From: Candidatus Nitrosocosmicus agrestis
GTDB taxonomy: Archaea > Thermoproteota > Nitrososphaeria > Nitrososphaerales > Nitrososphaeraceae
DNA: 32,000 nucleotides
Assembly (NCBI RefSeq): GCF_008389435.1
Contig: NZ_VUYS01000007.1
Location: 54,391-86,390, forward strand
Direction of reading: 5' to 3'
Below, in pieces: positions 25,251 to 32,000 of the stretch. Every line of letters begins with the position of its first letter. The stretch's first letter is position 1. A program made the translations under genes and the position numbers. The notes under the pieces are model-generated. The model was given only the letters and a program-made list of their open reading frames with translations, was not told the origin of the DNA and searched no databases.

Positions 25251-26333
25251 TCACTCTTGTTTTTTTTCCTTTTGATCGTCATTGCTATTACTGTTTGATG
25301 ATTTCTCAGAATTTTCAATCTTGTGTTTTTCTTTGGTACTAGAACTCGTTTTGACGCTGTTTGACGTAGTTTGTGAGGATTCAGCACTTGCTTGTGGGGG
25401 TTCTGGTTGTGGTTGAGAAGATGTTGTTTGTGGGGTTGATTCAGCACTTGCTTGTGGGGGTTCTGGTTGTGGTTGAGAAGATGTTGTTTGTGGGGTTGAT
25501 TCAGCACTTGCTTGTGGGGGTTCTGGTTGTGGTTGAGAAGATGTTGTTTGTGGGGTTGATTCAGCACTTGCTTGTGGGGGTTCTGGTTCTTGAATTCCGC
25601 CCCCAGATGCTGATGAAGATGATGCTTCGACAGCTTCTGACTGTTCTTGATCTTCTGGATCTTGAACATTTAGCAAAGTCTTGACTCTTTGCGTAAGATT
25701 GGTAGTGTGAGATTCCTCTTCTACCAATCTAATCGCCTTTGCAGCCAAACTCAGCCCTTCAGGATCTCTACCAGTAACGACTACTATACCATTTTGACCT
25801 ATTATTACTCTTGTTTGAGTGGCTTGTTCTATGGTTTGAATCATAGAACCTCGTTTACCTATCAGGCGAGGGACGCGAGTAGGAGATATTTTTATAAATT
25901 CACCATATGGAATTTTCCCCAAGTCTTTATCTTGCACTGTAAGCATTGGGTCTCGTGTTCGATCAAACGATACAATTCTTGCAATAATTAAGTCACCAAT
26001 GCCCAATTGTCTTCCCATATCATCCTTTGCCGGAGAAAAATCTCTTCCAAATACATCCTGAGCAGGCAGATGTGCTAGGAAACATGCGTTTATGTCAACA
26101 TCCCATGATAAAGATGAACGATCAATAACCTTACCTATTACCAAATCGTTAACACGAGGAATGTAAACGCCTGACAGAGGTATTACTTTAACACCATCTT
26201 TGCCTGCCTCAGCTATTCCAACTCTTGTTGAAATCAAATAATTACCACTTTTAACAACATTCATTAAAGGTTTATAATTACCTTCGATAATTTTATCGCC
26301 AGGTATAACATACCTCCTCTTGATTTCTTGCAT
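25251..26333 (-). CDS. rrp4: exosome RNA-binding cap subunit Rrp4 (S1 + KH) with a ~136-aa low-complexity C-terminal extension
   Basis: VIPGDKI at the N-terminus is followed by S1-like and KH-like regions (IGKRGSMIQTIEQATQTRVIIGQNGIVVV). From about residue 225 the sequence becomes Pro/Gln/Ser/Thr repeats and then a Lys/Glu/Ser/Asn tail. Confidence 0.9.
   Translation of the reverse strand: MQEIKRRYVIPGDKIIEGNYKPLMNVVKSGNYLISTRVGIAEAGKDGVKVIPLSGVYIPRVNDLVIGKVIDRSSLSWDVDINACFLAHLPAQDVFGRDFSPAKDDMGRQLGIGDLIIARIVSFDRTRDPMLTVQDKDLGKIPYGEFIKISPTRVPRLIGKRGSMIQTIEQATQTRVIIGQNGIVVVTGRDPEGLSLAAKAIRLVEEESHTTNLTQRVKTLLNVQDPEDQEQSEAVEASSSSASGGGIQEPEPPQASAESTPQTTSSQPQPEPPQASAESTPQTTSSQPQPEPPQASAESTPQTTSSQPQPEPPQASAESSQTTSNSVKTSSSTKEKHKIENSEKSSNSNSNDDQKEKKQE
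25364..25588. repeat. 60-bp tandem repeat inside rrp4: three perfect copies (25381-25560) plus degenerate partial copies at each end
   Basis: The sequence lines 25381-25440, 25441-25500 and 25501-25560 are identical base for base. The repeat encodes EPPQASAESTPQTTSSQPQP x3 in the rrp4 frame. Confidence 0.97.
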
Positions 26334-26452
26334 GTTAGAGATTGTCTACCTCCAAAAACAAAACACATGTAAACTGAAATGTTTTCATACTTTTATTTCT
26401 AAATATCTAGAATTTGTTCTATAATATATTCTGTAAGTAGTATAGCAGATAG

Positions 26453-27139
26453 TTATTCCTTTACTTGTGCTGTACCTTTGGTCAAGGACCCTATTCGATC
26501 CAAAAAGCTTCCTTTCATGCCAGAGTTTAATTCAATTTCGACTTTTAGTGAACCGTCAGAGAGCCACTCTTCAGACTTTAGTGCTCCTGAACTCTTTATG
26601 AAACTATAACTTGCTGAAGCATAGGAATTTGGTACAAGTATCGCCATGTGTGACATCTCTGATTTTAACGGAAGAATTTTTCTGAGAGCATCTACCACTG
26701 ATTTTACTTGATCTTCAGGCTTTTTAAATGGATCAATTGTTACTCGCACATCTTCAAGAGCATTCTCTATACGTTGAATTGGATGGGGCAGTTTGGTTTT
26801 CGGGTCTATAAAGTTCTTGTTTATATACTGAATTATTTGTTTGCGTTTGTCATCCACCATTTTACGACGTTGATCGGTGGTAAGATTTAGTTCGCCTTTA
26901 AGAAGAATTTGTTTTAAAATTTCATTGTTATCCTTAGTTTTAAAGTGTTTATTTAGTTTTTCAATACTTGCTCTGGAACCTTTATTGGCATCCGAATAAA
27001 CTTCGTCTGAAACTAAGACAGAAGATAAATCATTTCTTTTACCTATTTTGAATTCTAATGCCGGATCAGGTTTAACCAAGATTTCATAGCGGTCATTTCC
27101 AACAACCAATTTTACAATTGTAACTTTGGAATCAGCCAT
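26453..27139 (-). CDS. SBDS-family ribosome maturation protein (Sdo1)
   Basis: RYEILVKPDPALEFKIGKRNDLSSVLVSDEVYSDANKGSRASIEKLNKHF matches the SBDS N-terminal (FYSH) domain pattern. The length of 228 aa is typical, and the gene is upstream of rrp4 as in the archaeal superoperon. Confidence 0.85.
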   Translation of the reverse strand: MADSKVTIVKLVVGNDRYEILVKPDPALEFKIGKRNDLSSVLVSDEVYSDANKGSRASIEKLNKHFKTKDNNEILKQILLKGELNLTTDQRRKMVDDKRKQIIQYINKNFIDPKTKLPHPIQRIENALEDVRVTIDPFKKPEDQVKSVVDALRKILPLKSEMSHMAILVPNSYASASYSFIKSSGALKSEEWLSDGSLKVEIELNSGMKGSFLDRIGSLTKGTAQVKE

Positions 27140-27157
27140 ATAGATTAGGAAATGCTG

Positions 27158-27172
27158 TGATATATTAATTTA
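27158..27172 (-). promoter_or_regulatory. TATA-like box for the SBDS gene
   Basis: gatatattaattta on the plus strand is centred about 26 nt upstream of the ATG at 27139. Confidence 0.3.
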
Positions 27173-29268
27173 ATAACATAGTGGTTAATACTAACCAGAG
27201 TGATTAATATGGTAAAATATGATGTCTTTACCTGTGGGATGCGGGATAAAATAAACAAAACATATTAGCATACATTGACCATGATTTGAATTTGTTTTTT
27301 CTCTGATTATTAAGGAACTTTCGATATTATCGTATTTATAGGCAAGATAAGCCACTTTTCAGGTGGGAATGGATTCAAAAATTTCCCTTTGAGGGTATAT
27401 CAAGCAGAAATCGATATTAGCATAGGTTGGATTTGAGTGTGACAAAGGTTATTATTAATACATTTTGCTTTTAGTTTTCACTTTTGAGACAAAATCACAA
27501 AGGAAAAGATCCGGATCCTTTTATCAAAGGAGCAGGAATGAAATATTCGTATAATAGAATGTTCCCATTTAGCATTAGCATCATGAATTAAAGGCAGCAG
27601 TCTGGACCAAAAATATAGATTATCGTTATTATTCTAAGGTGTGTAGATTATTAAATCTAGATCTTTGTATCCTTCTCTTTACAAAATGAGATGAGCGTGT
27701 TTGAAAGGACAATAAATTATTCTAAAGGTGGATAGGCACTTTATTTTTTAGGCAAGAAGAAAGTTGTAATTAGACAAAATCAAATATAAAATTGAGTAAT
27801 ATTTTTTCTCTGTATCAACCAAATACAAAATAAACATCTTTGTTATAGAGGGTAAATGATAATGGTAAGCTTTAAATAATATTAAAGCAGATCTATAAAC
27901 ATATTAGAACCTGCAAATAGGTTATAGTGAGAACGGTTATGAATGTGAATATTTGTTTTATCTGTTATGAAAAAGAAAACAAAAAAGTTGTGTCACTTGC
28001 GACACATTTATTTAATTAATTTCCCTTAATATATCTATACTAACTCAGCTTTATAAATGGTTTAAACAAAGATGACAGCAAACTAATGGTATTATTTATT
28101 AATTTGGGTATGAATCACTTTCTTTTTATGTTAGGCCACATAAAAATTCCTACTAATTACTTTCGTACGTAGTACATAGATTTCCTTAACGATGAAGTAA
28201 ATAGCCATTAGACAGTTTTATTTGGATATATCGAATTTATGACTCTATTTTAGGATTTTACCAACCTTCATTAATGTTTAGTCACCGTCATATTCTGACG
28301 ATCATTCTTCAATTTTAAGATACTTTTCTACTATGATGGTACCTTTAAATCGAATTCTAGATTGCAATATGATTTCCTTTGACGTAAACATAGAGAATGT
28401 ATTCTTCCCGCACATTTATCTATAGCCCAACATACAGAACAGACAAGTTCGATATAGGTGAAGACATTTATTTATTCTAATATACCAGAAATGGAGCAAT
28501 ATTTTTTAACAATTTCGTTTACCGGCTGTGCCTATTGATCAATACACCAATACTAATAGTATTTTATTATCAATGTAATAGTATTATTGGTGATAGTTTT
28601 TAACGATCTTTTTCAATTAAAGGTTTCATATTGTCCTTTTATGCATAAAGAAGATAGTTTGACTCCGAATAATTATCTTTTTGAATTTTATCATAATGCA
28701 TTACAATGCTTTGAATGAAAATGTCAGTTATCATAAAGTCTTAAGTATAAAATAATTGTACAAATTAGGAAATAGAATGCTTTAATCAATAACTCTAAAC
28801 TAATGGTTTTGGTTAAAAACGGTGCATAAGAGGGAGCAGTAGATATTGATGATTGTTTGGGTAACGTGTATAATAATGGTACTGAATTTTTTATTCACCA
28901 GCAAACGATCATAAGATCATTGACTTTTGATTAATTAATCCACACGCCAATGACATTACATTTGAAAGATTAAGTTCACAGAATGAAAACAATAGCAATC
29001 TACGGCAATAGAGTCCCAAACTTTCTAAAAGGCGAAAATAGAATGGTTTTGGAATGAATACGATGATTTACAATTTCATAAAGTTATTTTGCCAGTCTAA
29101 ATCAGGCATTATGAAATCGATTTGATAATGACATCAACATCCAGTATGGGGTGAACTTTTATGTCTTGACAAAAATGTATTTTCAGATATCAATAATTAA
29201 TATACAAAAGAGGGTCAATCAATATTTGATGTAGGCATCTTCGATTTCCATTATTGTGGATTCATTAC
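27173..29268. other. ~2.1 kb ORF-free AT-rich tract of unknown function
   Basis: The six-frame track has no ORF of 60 aa or more on either strand. The longest ATG-initiated frames I found by hand on the plus strand are about 25-30 codons. I recognised no RNA gene. Confidence 0.8.
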
Positions 29269-29279
29269 ATTTTTAATAT
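29269..29279 (+). promoter_or_regulatory. TATA-like box for rpoD
   Basis: ATTTTTAATAT is centred about 28 nt upstream of TTG 29303 but ends only 3 nt before GTG 29282. Confidence 0.35.
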
Positions 29280-29302
29280 CCGTGGGAATAAAGTTATTTG
29301 AA

Positions 29303-29959
29303 TTGATCTCTATAGATTTAAAGGTTATTGAGAAACAGGATGAAAGAATAACCATTAAATTTAATAATGTACCTCGTCAATACGTAAATGCAATTAGACG
29401 ATTATCCATCAGTGAGGTTCCTACTTTTGCCATTGATGATGTTGTAATTTTGGAAAATTCTTCTGTTATGCATGATGAGGCAGTTGCACACAGATTGGGT
29501 CTTATTCCACTCAGAACAGATTTGAAAAAATTCTCTTTGCCTAATGAATGTAGTTGCAAAAGTACTCTTGGATGCGTTAACTGCAGGGTATTGCTGCAGC
29601 TGGATGCAGAAGCCAACGAGAAAACCAAAACCATTACAACTTCTGAACTAATTTCTGAGGATGAATTCGTCAAACCAGTTAGTCAAGATATTCCCATCAT
29701 AGTCTTGGCACCTGGACAAAAGATAAAGTTCGAAGCATATGCGAGGCTGGGATTTGGAAGGGATCATGCGAAATGGCAGCCAACTACTATTTCTGTTGTA
29801 AAATATGGAGAAAATGAAAACGAAATCTTTCTAACTATCGAAACTAACGGTGCTTTGACCGCAGAAGAAACAGTAATAGCAGCAATTGAACAGCTTAGTA
29901 AAAGCATCAAAGAATTTGGTGAAACAATTAATGCTGTTCAAATACCCACTAACCTCTAG
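29303..29959 (+). CDS. rpoD: DNA-directed RNA polymerase subunit D (Rpo3)
   Basis: YVNAIRRLSISEVPTFAIDDVVILENSSVMHDEAVAHRLGLIPL is present, along with an Rpb3-like Cys loop, CSCKSTLGCVNC. TTG 29303 is preferred on two grounds: TATA spacing, and an N-terminal length closer to my recollection of other archaeal RpoD sequences. The maximal ORF opens at GTG 29282. Confidence 0.85.
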   Translation: MISIDLKVIEKQDERITIKFNNVPRQYVNAIRRLSISEVPTFAIDDVVILENSSVMHDEAVAHRLGLIPLRTDLKKFSLPNECSCKSTLGCVNCRVLLQLDAEANEKTKTITTSELISEDEFVKPVSQDIPIIVLAPGQKIKFEAYARLGFGRDHAKWQPTTISVVKYGENENEIFLTIETNGALTAEETVIAAIEQLSKSIKEFGETINAVQIPTNL

Positions 29960-30006
29960 GTAAATTTATTTGGTACTTTATACTTTTTTAAGTCGAACAG
30001 CAAGTA

Positions 30007-30357
30007 ATGTTAAACGATACTTTAATTGATAATACGGTCTGGATTTTCCGTAAAGCTTTTAAAAATAATAAAGCCCAGATTTGGAAAGCATTGGAGAAAG
30101 AATTTTCTAAATCTCGTTCAAACAGAAGGTTGATTGATATTCAAAGGTTGGATAAAGTCACAAATAATGGAGATGTGGTTGTAGTTCCAGGCAAAGTTTT
30201 GGGCAACGGAGCATTAGGGCATAAGTTAACGGTAGCTGCTTATTCATATTCGGAGTCTGCAATAAGCAAATTAAAATCTGCTGGCGCCGAAGTTATATCA
30301 CTACAGTCATTGATAAACAAATATCCTGATGGAAAAGGTGTAAGAATAATTGGTTAA
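30007..30357 (+). CDS. rpl18e: ribosomal protein eL18 (L18e)
   Basis: VVVPGKVLGNGALGHKLTVAAYSYSESAISKLKSAGAEV is present. The gene follows rpoD, as in other archaea. Confidence 0.85.
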   Translation: MLNDTLIDNTVWIFRKAFKNNKAQIWKALEKEFSKSRSNRRLIDIQRLDKVTNNGDVVVVPGKVLGNGALGHKLTVAAYSYSESAISKLKSAGAEVISLQSLINKYPDGKGVRIIG

Positions 30358-30874
30358 AAAAGTAGCTTCTGAAAACAAGAATAAGAACAAGAATAATAAA
30401 GACAAGAATCAAGAGGAAAAACCATCTCAACAAAACAAGTTGATAGTTGTGGATGCAACCAATTGTATTTCAGGCAGAATATGTTCAAAAGTGTCAAAGT
30501 TATTACTTCAAGGAAATAGGGTATCGGTGGTAAACGCTGATAAGGTTATGGTGTCAGGAAATAAATACGAAATTATAGAAAGCTATAAGAAAAGATTGGA
30601 GGTTGGATCAATTGTCAACCCAATTCATGGCCCTTTCCATCCACGCAGACCGGATACAATCATTACCAAAATGGTAAGAGGTATGGTGCCCAAGAGAAAG
30701 TCTAGTGGAATGCAGGCTTTTAAGAAATTAAGGGTATATATGGGTGTTCCAGATGAGTTAAAAAATTCACCTATGCAAACATTTGACGATGCAAAAATCA
30801 CTAGACCAGAATCGTTTTACACATCTATGAGCGATGTAGCAAAACAAATTGGCTGGAAAGGAGTTGTTCAATAA
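30350..30874 (+). CDS. rpl13: ribosomal protein uL13, possibly with a 30-aa Lys/Asn-rich N-terminal extension
   Basis: The core starts at LIVVDATNCISGRICSKVSKLLLQGNRVSVVNAD, and PHRPD-like FHPRRPD is present. TTG 30350 lies in TTGGTTAA, which overlaps the rpl18e stop. An alternative TTG at 30440 would give a canonical N-terminus. Confidence 0.85.
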   Translation: MVKKVASENKNKNKNNKDKNQEEKPSQQNKLIVVDATNCISGRICSKVSKLLLQGNRVSVVNADKVMVSGNKYEIIESYKKRLEVGSIVNPIHGPFHPRRPDTIITKMVRGMVPKRKSSGMQAFKKLRVYMGVPDELKNSPMQTFDDAKITRPESFYTSMSDVAKQIGWKGVVQ

Positions 30875-31317
30875 TGAATAAAATAGATCTATATCCAGGA
30901 CAGAGAAAAACCTGTAGAGCAGTTGCTACAATTGCGAAAGGAAATGGTAAAATAAGAATAAACAACATTCCTGCAGAAGTAATACAACCAGAAATTGCCA
31001 AGGAACTAATTTTAACTCCTACAAATCTAATTGGCGAGCTAAGAGACAGAGTAGATGTAAATGTTCATGTTAATGGCGGTGGTTTTATGGGCCAAGCATT
31101 TGCTAGTGCAGTAGCCATTTCACGAGCATTAACCGGTGAAACAAAGGGAGCAAAGGAACCAAAGGATCACCCATTTACAAAGAACATGAGAGAAGAAATT
31201 AGGAGAAAGATTACTGAATTTGATAGGCATTTACTTGTAGGTGATCCAAGACAAACAGAATCCAAAAAATACGGTGGACCTGGAGCAAGAAGACGAAAAC
31301 AAAAGTCATACCGTTAA
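30874..31317 (+). CDS. rps9: ribosomal protein uS9
   Basis: GGGFMGQAFASAVAISRAL and the C-terminal DPRQTESKKYGGPGARRRKQKSYR are present. The ATG overlaps the rpl13 stop (TAATG). Confidence 0.9.
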   Translation: MNKIDLYPGQRKTCRAVATIAKGNGKIRINNIPAEVIQPEIAKELILTPTNLIGELRDRVDVNVHVNGGGFMGQAFASAVAISRALTGETKGAKEPKDHPFTKNMREEIRRKITEFDRHLLVGDPRQTESKKYGGPGARRRKQKSYR

Positions 31318-31377
31318 TTCTTTTCAATTATCTACTTTTGATTTGCTATTTAAGTAGTACAAAATCTAAAATAGAAT

Positions 31378-31734
31378 ATGTCCCATAATGGAATAGACAT
31401 AGACCAGTATATTCTGTTAATAATCTATCCAAGTATAGCATTTTTTGCAACTGGTTTTATTACAAAGAAAATAGAACTTAAAAAATCCATTACTTATTCA
31501 ATTCAAGCAATTATTTGTTTTGGTTTTTCGATTGCATATTATTTTTTTATACCCTATGGCGGGGCACTGGGACTATCAATAATTCTGGGACTATTTGGAT
31601 TTATGTTACTTGTTATAGCGAGAAAAGAAAAGATCTCACCTTCTGATTCTAATAATATGGATGGTATGGATACAAGTGCATCCACAAAGGATGAGGAAAA
31701 GGAAAACAGTCAAGTAAAAGGTAATAAAGAGTAG
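31378..31734 (+). CDS. small membrane protein, hypothetical
   Basis: The ORF has an ATG start, three hydrophobic segments and an acidic/Lys-rich tail. Confidence 0.5.
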   Translation: MSHNGIDIDQYILLIIYPSIAFFATGFITKKIELKKSITYSIQAIICFGFSIAYYFFIPYGGALGLSIILGLFGFMLLVIARKEKISPSDSNNMDGMDTSASTKDEEKENSQVKGNKE

Positions 31735-31784
31735 AGCAAAAGCAATTTTTTCAAATAATGATAAAAGAATAAGAAATCAATGAA

Positions 31785-32000
31785 ATGCAATTAACATCCA
31801 GGTTTAGAATAAAAAGAATTGAAAGCATCGTTAATTTTCTTAATGATGTGCATGTTGGAAGATTAGCTACCATTGATGAAAATGGATATCCACAAGTAAT
31901 TCCAATGAATTTCGTTCACTTTGTATCTAGATTAGATACTAGTAGTCGATCTGATTATGCATCAAAGACAAACAATGGATTAGACAAGAAGGCCGATGTA
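31785..32000 (+). CDS. pyridoxamine 5'-phosphate oxidase-like FMN-binding protein, 3' end outside window (tentative)
   Basis: The frame is open from the ATG at 31785 to the window end (72 codons), so it is absent from the track. VGRLATIDENGYPQVIPMNF is typical of the PNPOx-like split-barrel family. Confidence 0.5.
   Translation, partial: MQLTSRFRIKRIESIVNFLNDVHVGRLATIDENGYPQVIPMNFVHFVSRLDTSSRSDYASKTNNGLDKKADV

Noticed and set aside
25364-25588. Possible CRISPR-like array, suggested by three identical 60-bp units.
   Set aside because: The units are directly adjacent with no spacers, are in frame within rrp4, and no cas genes or leader are nearby.
25232-25684. Track ORFs 25232-25669 (-) and 25373-25684 (+), with highly repetitive products (HKQVLNQPHKQHLLNHNQNP... 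and LLVGVLVVVEKMLFVGLIQH...).
   Set aside because: They are alternative-frame and antisense readings of the 60-bp tandem repeat inside rrp4. The rrp4 frame is continuous with a recognisable S1/KH protein, so these are shadow ORFs.
28983-29057. A short frame, MKTIAIYGNRVPNFLKGENRMVLE, that resembles the N-terminus of a Rossmann-type enzyme and might be a pseudogene relic.
   Set aside because: It is only 24 codons long, and the downstream fragments in other frames show no recognisable continuation. That is too little to call a pseudogene without a database search.
27173-29268. Replication-origin interpretation of the ORF-free tract, based on AT-richness and dyad repeats.
   Set aside because: No orc1/cdc6 gene is adjacent, and I cannot recognise ORB or mini-ORB boxes or a set of repeated long inverted elements. 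The idea remains untested and unsupported.
28801-29281. A possible ~240-bp tandem periodicity, suggested by AATGGTTTTGG at 28802 and 29042.
   Set aside because: Aligning the sequence following the two copies by eye shows no further similarity, so there is no tandem repeat.

Overview
This is a visibly AT-rich archaeal chromosomal segment. I infer the host is an ammonia-oxidising thaumarchaeon (Nitrososphaeria). The evidence is an exosome superoperon fragment, a short-form XPF, a fused ADP-forming acyl-CoA synthetase, BHB-type tRNA introns, and promoters that look leaderless. The long spacers resemble the low-coding-density lineages of that class, but this taxonomic call is inference only.

Most of the window is housekeeping:
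- hisG-hisD-hisC
- SBDS-rrp4-rrp41-rrp42-rpl37ae-pcc1-pfdB on the minus strand
- rpoD-rpl18e-rpl13-rps9
- a class II-type HMG-CoA reductase
- a PQQ-type sugar dehydrogenase
- a DegT-family aminotransferase
- an M20 peptidase
- nitroreductase and PAP2 phosphatase
- several lineage-specific hypothetical proteins

I found no CRISPR array, transposase, integrase or recognisable defence or mobile system. I cannot point to a convincing novel multi-gene system.

The observations most worth follow-up are:
1. A ~2.1 kb ORF-free tract (27.17-29.27 kb) sits where S13-S4-S11 normally precede rpoD, and it carries local dyad and hairpin structure.
2. A tRNA-Ser(UGA) is interrupted by two BHB-type introns, one in the D-loop and one at the canonical 37/38 position.
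3. A conserved eL43 (L37Ae) gene has no ATG, GTG or TTG start and overlaps both neighbours.
4. Rrp4 carries a ~136 aa disordered tail encoded partly by three perfect 60-bp tandem repeats.
5. There are two promoter-equipped 51-codon ORFs below the track threshold, and one C/D-box sRNA candidate.

All calls come from reading the sequence and the supplied ORF track by eye. No searches or folding programs were run.
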